DNA of 64,000 nucleotides from positions 27,466,001 through 27,530,000 of the forward strand of contig NC_043013.1 in the NCBI RefSeq assembly GCF_006345805.1, given 5' to 3'. The DNA is from Octopus sinensis. Its lineage: Eukaryota. Within the stretch, counting starts at the first letter, position 1. Each line of letters begins with the position of its first letter. The translations under genes were made by a program, and so were the position numbers. The notes under the pieces are model-generated. The model was not told where the DNA came from. It worked only from the letters and a program-made list of their open reading frames with translations, and did not search any database. Below are positions 14,855-27,568 of this stretch, piece after piece.

Positions 14855-17800
14855 CACACACACATACATACACAACAGGCTTCTTTCAGTTTCTGTCTAC
14901 CAAATCCACTCATGAAGCTTTGGTTGGCCAGGGCTATAGTGGAAGACACTTGCCCAAGGTTCCAAGCAGTGGGACTGAACCTAGAACCTTGTGGTTGGGA
15001 AGCAAGCCTCTTAACACACAGCCATACCTGTGCCGATAATTTGCTCATGATTATTGCATAATATATATAAACAAAATAATCTATGACATTATCCTGATTG
15101 ATATTGTATTTTCTGGCATACAAGTTAAATTTTTGAGACCAAAATTTACAGACAAAAATGTTTAAATTAACTTAAACACCAAAAAGATTTTGAAGGACCA
15201 AAAATTCTGAAACGCAGCATAGTTTGGAAAGACAGTGATGCTGTTTACACACCATGTTTACACTATGTACTATGTTGACCGGTAGGCTAGAAAATATGGT
15301 ATCGTATAATAAACAGATTATTGAATGGTTGAAAAGGTATAAATTTCTTTTCTTTATGACTAAAAAAGAAAATTTTAAAAAGATTTTGTGCAGGGGTGGT
15401 TGTTAGTAAGAAGTTTGTTTTCCAACCACATGGTTCTGGGTTCAGTTCCAATGCATGACACCTTTGAGAAAGTGTCTTCTACTATAGCCTTGGGTTGACC
15501 TTGTGAATGGATTTGGTAGATTTTTACATGCCGGTGGCATGTAAAAAGCACCCACTACACTCTCGGAGTGGTTGGCGTTAGGAAGGGCATCCAGCTGTAG
15601 AAACTCTGCCAGATCAAGACTGGAGCCTGGTGCAGCCATCTGGTTCGTCAGCCCGCAGTCAAAATCGTCCAACCCATGCTAGCATGGAAAGCAGACGTTA
15701 AATGATGATGATGATGATGATGATTATGATGAAACTGAAAGAAGCTTGATAACTGATTTTGGTTTGTTTACATCTGGGAGGCTGCACCAGGATCCAATCT
15801 GATGAGGAAAAATTTCTACAGATGGATGCCCTTCCTAATGCCAACCACTCCGAGAATGTAGTGGGCGCTTTTGCACCAGCACAGGAGCCAGTCAGGTGGC
15901 ACTAGCATCAGTCATGCTCAAATGGTGCTTTTTGCATGCCAGTCAGGTGGCACTGCCATTGGCCATGCTCAAATGGTTCCTTTTATGTGCCCAGTCAGGT
16001 GGCACTGGCATTGGCCACACTCGTATAGTGCTTTTTACGTGCCAGTCAGGCAGTACTCACATTGGCCATACTCAAATGGTGCTTTTTTACATGTCACCGT
16101 CACGGGTGCCAGTCAGGTGGTACTGGCATCAACCATACTTGAATGGTGCTTTTTATGTGCCACTGGCATGGGTCCCAGTCAGGCAGCACTGGTATTGGCC
16201 ACAAAAACTAATTTGGTTGGGTGTGAGGAGGATGCTCCAAACCATAATTATGCCAAAATTTATTTCTGCTAAGTATATTAAAATTGAATGATCCTCACCG
16301 AATGCAGTAAACTTTTAGCATCAATAACTTTTCCAGCAGCAGTTACAACAGCAGCAATAACAGCACCAGCTAAGATACTACTCGTGCCAAGACCTATGTT
16401 AAAAAACAAGAAAGAAATATCTCTTAGAAATTTCAACTGCAAAAATTTCGTAAACCAGATAAAATTAGAAGTTTAATTGTTTAGTTTAGCAGGATTTTAA
16501 CGCTTTTGATACCAACTGGCCTGAGATGCCAGTTTGGCTTAGGCCGTCTCTAGCTCTGTAGTACAAATGTCTTATTTTCAAAAGTTCTGAATTAAAATCT
16601 TCCACCAAACCTTAGTCATAATTTATGGTCCTAACACCAGCTGAATGATAACTATACTAAATTCTTTGTTACATTTCAAATTAATTGAAAGAAACACACA
16701 GCATCTCAACAGAAATATGGTAGCAAAAGGGTTAAAGTGATCTAAATGAATTAAAAAAAAAACCTTTCATTAAACTTCAGTTAATTTATGTTCCAAATAC
16801 CATCTTAACCCTTTAATATTCAGATTATTCTATCAAATCTTTTCTTCTCATCATCTTTTAATGTCCGTTGTCCATGCTGGTGTGGATTGGACAGTTTGAC
16901 CAAGGCTAGTAAGCTGAGGGGCCATGCCAGACTGATTTGGCATAGCTTCTATGGTTGGATGCCCTTCCTAACGCCAACCACTCCAAGAGTGTAACAGGTG
17001 CTTTTATGTGCCACTGACACAGGTGCCATTTGTGTGCCACCAGTATCTGCCATGACTACAATTTCGTTTGGCTTGATGGATCTTCTCAAGCATGGCATAT
17101 TGCCAAAGGTCTCAGTCATTTGTCATTGTCTCTGTGAGGCCCAACACTTAAAAGGTGATTTTTACATGTTTCGGGCACAGGTGCCACTTATGCCTATTTA
17201 TTCACATTGCTTTGAATTTATCCTGCATTATCTCACAGCCTTAAGATTTCAGTTATATGGCTGTATATTTTTTAGACTAACAGAGTAGGGCAGGTGTGAA
17301 AGGCCAGATCTGGCCAGTTTGAACATAAAACAGGTGGAGTATTTTGGCTAGATATGACTATCATTATTAACCCTTTAGCATTTAAACCAAAGTTATTTTA
17401 CTAAGTTCTTTATTAAGTTTGTAATTAATTAAAATAAAGGTAGCATGTTTCAACAGAAATACAGTAACAAAACAGCTAATCAGCGTCTGTCACTGACTGT
17501 GTTTTCTTTCTTTCTAACGAACAGCAATTACTTTCATTGCTGTATATTCTGAGAAGTTAAGTGAGAGCTGCACACCCACCAATGCTGGTAAATTTACTAT
17601 GTAATAATCTGTTCATGTATTATCATGTCATAATCTAGTCATAATTTGTTTTCAAATCTAATAATGCACACTCAGAAACAAAGATTAAGACAAATTGTAG
17701 TTATAGTTTAACATTTATGTTCATTTTTGAGAGAACAGTGAGGCAAACATGATAGCACATGTCACTAATGTGGCTCAGATTAATAAAGGAAATTCACATG

Positions 17801-20800
17801 AATCTGCAGTGACTCAAAGTAATCTTAACGTCTACATTCCATGCTGGCATGGGTTGGATGGCTTGATAGAATCTGGTGTGTTCAAGGATTGCATGGAGCT
17901 CCAATGTCTGTTTTAGCAAAGTTTTTACAGCTGGATGCCCTTTCTAATGCCAACCACTTTACAGTGTGCTTTTTCCATGCCACTTGTGCTATGGATGTCA
18001 TGATATTTATCAGCTTCAATAATAACGTTTATTTAAGGCCAGAAAATATAGTTGTATTAAAGGGAAAGAACTCCTGTAGATAAACGTAAATTGATGTCTT
18101 AGTGTTTTCCACTTCTAACTAACAGGTTCAAAACCACTTATTTTAGGAGAGGAGACCAGCAGGTAATATCGGGGCAAGAACTTGACAGGTACTTTATTTT
18201 ATCCTTACCAGAAACACGAAAGGGGAAAGTCGACTTTGTTTAGTTATAAAGGGTCATAATTAAATAGTGCAAAGCAGTTTGTATATAACTCTACCACTAT
18301 CTTTCATTTACTTGTTTCAGGCATTAGAGTGCAGCCATGCTGGGGCACTGACACGAATAATTTTATTTGAACGAATCTACACCCCCAACTACTTATTTTT
18401 AAAGCTGGCATTTAGTATATCAGTATCTTTTTCCGAACTGCTAAGTTACAGGGATGTAAACACACCCACACCAGTTGTTAAATGGTGGGGAAGAGCAAAG
18501 ACACACACTCATATATATATGACAGGCTTCTTACAGTTTTTGCCTATCAAATCTACCCACAAGGGTTTGGTCTGCCTGAGGCTATAGTAGAAGACATTTG
18601 CCTAAGGTGCCACACTGTGAGGTTGAACCTGGGAACAAATGGTTGAGAAGCAAATTTTTTATCACACAGCCACACACTTGCACCTATTGAATATTATTAA
18701 CCATCTAAATGTAAATTTTATCAGATTAAAAAATGACAAGACTGCAGGTGGGTTTTGAACCATAAGTCTATCAATTGCCAGATGACTGTGATACTAATTA
18801 CACTACAGTTACCATTACATTTTTTTTTTTACAAAGTGTATATGTATGGGTGAGTGCATGCGTATTTGTGTGTGTGCATGCAAGGGCATGTGCAAGAGTG
18901 TGCGTGTGCGGGTGTGTGCGCACGCGAGCGTGTGTGTGTGTGTGCAAGTGCATGCATGTGAAAGTGCATGCATGCATTTGTGCATGTGAATCTGAATGTG
19001 TGTCTCTTAATCTGATTTTTTAAACGAAACTTTTCAATGTCCCGAAGTATCACATCTAGTGCTGGATTTATCTATAAATCTGACAGACAAAAGTCAGAGG
19101 TTTCAAAATTTAAGGATCTTCTAGCTAAGATGTATGTATAATTTTATTTGTGAGAATGGTAGGGAAGTAGGAGCCTGAGGCCTCACATCTAAATCCAACA
19201 CCGATAACATCTGTTGCAGAGGTAAGTGGTTAATCAAGAAACATTAGCAGAACAGGTTTTAACCCATTGCCTGCCATGAGACCCATTTGGGGATCAGCTA
19301 AAAACAGTCTCAGTGCTGGTTGTTTGTTGTATTTAAAGTGAATTGCTTATGTACACTGCATTTGTAGAGGTGTATTTAACAATATTTAGGAGATAAACCT
19401 TGTCATTATTAGCTCTGGTTAATTCTAGAGCACATTTTATATTATAAATCTCAATTTTTGAACTACAAAAAACCTTTTTTTGCATTTCCCATTTATATCA
19501 TTCATTGATATTTCATACACATTTGCATTTGATACTATAGTTTCCGAAAAGCTAAAATGTTTATTATTGCAATTGAATAGAAAGGGATAAATATGCATTT
19601 TTTCAGCAATCCCCATTTGGGACTTTGAAAAATTTATAATTTCCAAAATAATTCACATATGAGAAAATTTAAATACTATATATTATTTTAAGTCCTGAAG
19701 ACCTGGAAAAGCCAAAAAATATGAATTAAAAAATTTGGCTGTTAATGGGTGAATAAGTGAGCATCATATAACATACACACAAATATGCATATAATGTGTG
19801 TGTGTGTATTTTACTTACCAGATCCTTGAGGAAGATCTGACCAAGAATGAATTTCAAAGCCGCCTTTATATTTAGAAATTAACTGATCTTTGAGAGACAT
19901 GGGTGATGAAAGGCATATAAGATTCACAGAGAGGAAAGCTGCTTTGATAAGAGCACCTGCAAATATTAAAAACAGTCTTCTTGGTAAATTGAAGTCTACA
20001 TGTTGATTGAAATGATAAACATAAGTTTGTTAACTTATAACACAGGGTTATTTAACATCAAAATAATTTTATTCTTCTCAATATCAACCGGTGTACACAT
20101 ATTTACAACTACTTATTGATTTTCAACACTATTATATATGATGGGTTAGTCCATATTACTCTATGAGGAACATAGGGCCAGTTTCTTGGTTTCTCTAGCA
20201 TATACAAGGGGGTGCTGAAAAGATTCCGGCTTTAAGGGGTTAGTGAAAGGCCTGGCTGGAGGCCCAATCTTCCAAGTTCTTTTGCAGGGTTTAGAAAAAC
20301 TGAAAGATGGCTGCAATAAGTATAAATCTCAGAGGGGTATTTGTTGAATAAAATCATAATCAACTGAACCTCCTGTATTTTCTTTTACCCAAAGCTAGGA
20401 ACTTTTCCCTCATGTATTACTCACTGGATGGGACTCTGGTCTACTGCAAGATTATTCACTTATTACATAAGTGACAACATTCCTTCCTGGATAAGGTGCC
20501 AGTCCATTGCAGGGTTAGCTTCTCAGCTTTTACTGGAATTTATCTACAGCTGAGTGGACTGACGCAATGTGAAAAGAAATGTTTTGCTCAAGAACACAAG
20601 ACATTGCCCAGTTCAAGATTACTTATGATACCCACCTCCCCACCATGTCTTTCATTAAATGTTCCATTGCATGAAACATTTGGTGTTGTGGTCAGTTTTG
20701 CTTGCGTGAGTTTCAAGCAAGGCAATAAACCCCCACTCCCAGTCTATCAAGCAATGGACAGCCTGGACATGATTACATGAAGAAGAAGTGGAAACAAATG

Positions 20801-23800
20801 ACACTGAAGTTATGAAACTATATTACCTTGAGCATGAGGATTAAAATAATCTTCCAGCTGGTTTAGCTCTTCAATCACTAGATGGACATTACCATATACA
20901 ATGACAATCTGAGGACTACACAAAAGAAAAGTAAAAAGAGAATAGAATTAAAGCAGGCATAATAATCCGTAAATTGCTTGTTTTCCAATAAAATATTACA
21001 TTGTATATTTTATTAACATCTATCTTCTGTGAAAATTTCACAATTCTAATGCAAGCAAAAATCTATTTTCTCTCAAGGGTACCTCCATCTTAAAAATTCT
21101 GACCATCATCATAATTAAATCAATTTAAAAAACAAATCAAACTTCATTTTAATGAAAAAATATTCTTGCCCTTTTCACACAAACTTTTTGTTTCTTTTAC
21201 AAAAAAAATATTGCTTCACCAGTTGACACCAGTGTGTCAATATGTTTTAAAAACCCAACTAAGGAAGCTTCCTCAAGGTCACTTAAGTTGCTAGAAATAT
21301 CAGCAAAATCTCTCTCAAATCACACTGTACCAACTTATAAAGGATACACTGGACAATGTGGTTCGTGATATACGAAATAGTTGAGATGGTCACAGCAGGA
21401 ATGCTTCTAATCATAAGGTCTGTTAGATGAGAGTTAACCTTTGGTGGGGCTAAAAAATACTGACAACATATTTCATATAAAATATAACCCTTTATAGTCC
21501 GAGTTAAATTCCAACTTACCCTGACTGGTAAAATAATTATCAATTAAGTTTAGAGTATAATTCAATTGATTGCGTGATCCCCGCAAATTTATAGCATTAT
21601 GCTTATATTAGAAATCAAGCACACACTCACTTTCCATTTGAATTGAAATATGAAAAAAAATAGAAAACTTACTTTTCTATTCTTTTTGCCTTTGCTCCAA
21701 TTGGTTTCTATAGTAATATGAAAATAAACAAACAGAAGATATAAGGGGAAAAAAACATTAAATAACACTTAAAATTTTACTAAAAAAAACCCACTTAAAA
21801 TTTTACTACTGCTTCATAACATGGGCACAAGGCTAACAGATCAGAGGAATGGGGTATAGTGAATTACAAAGACAAAATCAATCCTAATGAAGTATAATTC
21901 AAATCTGGAAGGATGAAAGACAAAGTTGAACTCAGGAGGATTCAAAATCAGAACATAAAAGAGGCCTAATTAAACACTGTATAGCATTTTGTCTGTCCTT
22001 CTAAATCTGCCAAACTATTGCTATCAAAATTTTAATAACTTATTAACTAAACTAATTAAACCAGCTGATTATTTTTTATCAGATAACAAAACTATCACAT
22101 TGTATAAGGTAGAATGGACGAAATAAAGACACAATTGAGAAGAATAATGTCAAATGCAATTCAACTTTTATTATTTTTCAGTTTTATCTTATTCACAAAT
22201 AGATTTTATTTTTTTATCTCTCAGGGAGGCTGGAGCTTTACCCAGTTTCCATCATTCATAAGTGACAGATTACAACACTCCTCCCTGGATATGATGCCAG
22301 TCCATTGCAGAGTTAACTTTCCAGCTATTGCTGGAACTCATCTATAGCTGAATGCTAGATTTTATTTTTTATCTCTCAGGGAGGCTAGAGCTTCACCCAG
22401 TTTCCATCATTCATAAGTGACAGATTACAACACTCCTCCCTGGATATGATGCCAGTCCATTGCAGAGTTAACTTTCCAGCTATTGCTGGAACTCATCTAT
22501 AGCTGAGTGCACAGGAGCAATGTTAGATGAAGTGTTTGTGCTGAACAGCACAATGCACCACTCAGTCCAGCAAACCATAATTGTAAGATTGTGACAGCAA
22601 CAAATCTGAATAATCACCATTTTTATTTCCTTTTCCTAATTCAGTTACAACTATAGCTTCAGAAGTTAAAAATTAATGAGCCAACATGGCTAGCATGTTT
22701 GGAACCCTTGTCTTGCTCATCATATCAATTTCCTGGAAACTGTTCAGAAATATGCAACCAAACGAATACCCACCATCAGGCGTCTGCCAAACTCTGAACA
22801 TCTTGCTTCTCTAAGCATGGACCCATTAAAACTCTGACAAGTGGCTACTGACTCGGTAAACACCCACAAGACTATCCACCATCTTCCCAAAAACAACTTT
22901 GGGCACCTTTTTGAATTCCATATGTCTAACACTCATGGACATGCTTATAAAATCAAAAAACAACACAGCACCCATGACTTTTGTGAACATTTCTCATGCT
23001 CAGAATTGCTGAAGCATGGAATAAACTACTTGCATCAGTTGTTAACTGTCGAGACACTACATCCTTCAAAACTTCCATGCTTCCTGAAATTCACCAATAA
23101 TACTCCTGATGTGACTCCCATCATTTTTTTTAAATGATTCATTCCTGTACATTATCTTATGTATTGTTCATGTCATTTTGGCTACTTTTTCTGATGATTT
23201 ATAGTGGTCTGTGACTCAGTATTAATTCTTAGGTGACCTTCCAACTCTTTTATTGCTAATACTTACTGACCTTTTATGCAAGAATATTTCTGATCTCAAA
23301 AAATTGTTATAGTGGGCCTTACCTTTCCATTAATGGTAATAGAAACTCCAGTCACTGCCCCACCACATTCATATGTAATAGGAGGTGTATCTGTCCAGCC
23401 ACCACTAAGATCAAGTCGAGCAGGGCACTCCACTGTGATCCATTTTTCATAATCAGGCAAAACGCCATCTTTCACTTCTACAAACTGAAAATTATAAATA
23501 GATAAATAATGAATTATTGAAAGAGTGCATCAAAATGTTTCAAGTGTGTTTTGTTTTGTTAAATACACTTTCTCATAAAATATAAAGAAACTTTCAGAAA
23601 AATAAAAGGAAATGGAAAACAAAAATGTTCTCTTTCTGAAGTTAGAGCCATCTGTATATACTCACAAGAATCCATGAAAGGGGTTTAGTGAAATGTACTA
23701 AGCTCAATATAATACTAGTGTGGTTGGCTGGTTGGTAGAATTATTAGAACATTGGACAAATACTTTGTGGTATTTGTTCTGGAACTTGGCATTCTGAGTT

Positions 23801-26800
23801 CAAATCCTGCTAAGTTCATCTTTCAAGACTTGGTGAAGTGAATTACCTATTAAGTACTAAGGATTGATTCCTTCCCCCACTTCATTTCTTAGAATCAGCT
23901 GTGCTGCATTGTGGAAAAGGACATGGGGAACGATTCACAATATCCCTTTACTCCAAGATAATCACTTCCACTTAATCACAGTAGAAAAATGTGTTTACTG
24001 AGGCTCCAGCAGAGCATGGCATATAAGGATGATAATCCTCCTCATCATTTTAACGTCCTTTTTTCCATGCTGGCATGGGTTGGATGGTTCAGCAGGAACT
24101 AATGAGCCAGAAGTCTGCATTGAGCTGCAAGGTCTGCTTTGTCATGACTTCTACAGCTCGATGCCCTTCCTAATGTCAACCACTTTATTTGACATGGGGA
24201 ATATTTGAAAACAAAAGTGCAAGGTACTTATTTCATCGTCATCATTTAATGTCTGTTTTCCATGCTGGTATGGGCTGGACAATTTTTCAGGATCAAGTGA
24301 GCTGCAGGGTTGCACCAAGCTCTATTGTCAACTTTGACATGTTTTCTATGGCTGGATGCCCTTCCTAATGCCAACCACTTTACAGTGTGTACTGGGTGCT
24401 TTTTTTTTCCATGCCACCAGCACTAGTGAGGTCAACAAGTAAGTTGCAAGGCAGAAAAAAGAATGTAAATGCCATGACTAAGCCTGGTGTGTGTGTGTGT
24501 GTGTGTGTGTAGGGGGCAGGGAGTGTAGTGGTTATATATAGTCAGTACGAGGTGTTGATGTGGCTGCATGTATATTATTACACATAGAGATGAATGAATT
24601 CAAGAAATATATATTTACTACATAAAAATATATTTTATTTACTGGTCAATGATGATATATAATCAAAACGTAGAATCTAGTTGAATGAAGTAATCTATGC
24701 AAGAATGTTCAGAAATACGAAATATAGAAAAAGCTAAGTGGTGGTTTTCAGTCATGTGGCATAAAGAAATAGATGGACATAGCAATGACCTGAATGGCTC
24801 TAAGTCTAATAGACTAAGAAGCGAAGAGCAGGGTTAGCAAGTTGTTTTTATTAATAGAATGCTAGACATTTAAGAAACTTCCAAGAGAAATGCCAAGCTT
24901 CTTGAATAATTCAAAATCATGTCTCATGACACAGATGCTTTGAGAAACTTAGTAAAGGGAGGTTATTCTATAATCTTTCTTGCAAGGAAGATCATTCAAC
25001 TATCTAGGAGCAACTATACAGAAGCATTAAGGACAGGGAGGTAACTTTATTGCAGCTGCTGAGAGGTTAGTCTTCACCAACTGAGTATTAGCAATTGATT
25101 TGACAGATCAAGCTTGATAAATAATGGTGGTTGTTTAGTCACAGGTCAGCTCAGATTGAACAGAACTACGACCAAAGATATTTCTGCCATAATCATACCA
25201 TCTTTTCTTTCAGACATGATGTAAAGAGTACTATTTATTACATTATCCAACGTTGGTTTCCCTTTTTCTTTTTTAAATGGTAGGTGTTATACAAGACAGA
25301 TTTGGCTGTTATTTCTAGCAGGTCAAGTGACAGCAAAGCAGCTCTCTTAATGTCTTGTAATGACAGTAGTGGTGGTAGAGGTGTTGGTAATTTAAATTAT
25401 TCTTGCTTTACCTTTTTACCAGTCATGACTGCTTGCCGAATTAGAATTTGTGCAGCACCTTCATAGTGTCTGGATGCTCGGATTAACAAGTCTGGTCGGT
25501 GCAGCCATTTGTTTCGTTCTTTTGCCAAAGATTTAATTCCATTAGCAATCTGGTTCATCTAAACAGAACATTATATAACAGTTTATTTGATGCCTTCAAA
25601 TGTAGGGATTAATCAAGGTCTTTATTTAAACAATGGAAGAAACAGATGTTATCCTCCTTACATAACATTATTATACAAGCTTATTATATATTAGATTGAA
25701 ATTTATTTTCCTAAATCTATAACTGTAATCTCCAGTTTAGACAATAACTAAAATTAATTATTGCCCAGACAGTCTCTCAATTTCGTGTGACACAGTTTAT
25801 TAGAATATTCTCAGTTTTTAATGCTACTCCTTCTCTCAGAGTTGGTAATATATCTTCATTGCTCATGCTTTAAAATAAATTTTGAATAACATCAAATTTC
25901 TGCCATACGCACACACACACACATGCACTTATACTATGTAATCTATCCTCTTTGTGAAATGAAAATCTCATTGTTAATAACAACTATCAGTAAGTTCTCA
26001 CAAATTGACTTCAAATCCTTGACACTATTCTTTGACCGACATCAGGACATCGTGTATTGATCTTAAAAAGCTGCAGCTCATGATTTACGATAAATAAAAT
26101 AAAAAATTATGCAAGCTTTGTCAAACAATAGCACATGTGTACATGCATCATCCTCCCACCCACACTCACACAAAAGATTAAACAAACAACAAAAAAAATT
26201 CAGGTCATCTACTAGATTAAACAAACAACAAAAAAAATTCAGGTCATCTACTATTAAAAGGAGTATTTAGACTGAGGTTCAGTCGTAATTGAAAAACTGT
26301 AAAATGATCAGTTCAACCAGAAATACATAAACTACAAGAAAAATTATATGAAATGAATATTATATAGAAAATATAATTTAAAAAATGTTTTTATAAATGC
26401 ACTTAAATCAACATTTCTGATTGTCATAAAATACAGATTTAACTCCATAGTCTCCCATTCAATGTTTTGAAAGGAAAAAAAGAGATACAATAACCACTCA
26501 AAGAACAAGTATGAAGAGCTGCATTCTGGGTGCTGATAAGTTTCAGAAAGTGTATTTGTGATGAATTTTCAGAATATTTTAATGGGAATTTAGAAGATTT
26601 TGAAAGAATGTGAAATAATTATTTTTGCTCTTATTGCAGACTGTGAGAACAGACTGTTTATTATGTACAACTGAAAAGCCTACCATCTTCATTTCACAAA
26701 GAATGAAATAAATTTATATCCAGGTGGCACGTAAAATCCGTGCCGGTGGCATGTAAAAAGCACCAACAGATCGTGGCTGCTGCCAGACTCCCCCGGCACC

Positions 26801-27535
26801 TGTGCCAGTGGCACGTAAAAAGCACCCACTACACTCACGGAGTAGTTGGCATCAGGAAGGGCATCCAGCTGTAGAAACACTGCCAGATCAGACTGGAGCC
26901 TGGTGCAGCCTCCTGGCTTCCCAGACCCCGGTCGAACCGTTCAACCCGTGCTAGCACGGAAAACAGACGTTAAACGATGATGATGATGATGATAATTGCC
27001 GTTGTAATGACAAAACCAAAATGCCAACAAAAAGAAAAGAAAATATTTTTTTAACATTAAAGCTTTCTTAGTCAAACATTCACTCTTGAGTTGAATGGAC
27101 TTATGACTGATCTATCACTCCATAGCTACCAAAGTAAACAGATCAATGTAACTTTAAACTTTTGATTTATTGATCTTACAGTCCATTATATTCTGCACGT
27201 CAACATGATTTCAAAGGAAATAATCGAAAGGAAAAATACATAAATGCTAACTGACAATGTATCATCAATAATGACAGCTAATTGTAGTATTTTACATATA
27301 AATAAGTTACATAATAATCACACATATAAACATTCACATACTTCCCTTGTACACGCACACACATACACACATATACTCACACAGAGTTGAAACGCTGAAT
27401 ATTTTTCACCCCTTCCTTTCTTTCATTGCTATTACTTTCTCTCACTCCCTCTCAGTCAGGGCTATTACTCTCACTACTATTCCTTCACTGAATTACTATT
27501 TTCTCTCCTCCTCCACGTCCAGCATGATTCTGGAG

Positions 27536-27568
<33 letters not shown>

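Noticed and set aside
15878-16205. CRISPR-like array of palindromic repeats
   Set aside because: Eukaryotic intron, no unique spacers (whole units repeat), no cas genes; it is part of the RTE 3' UTR
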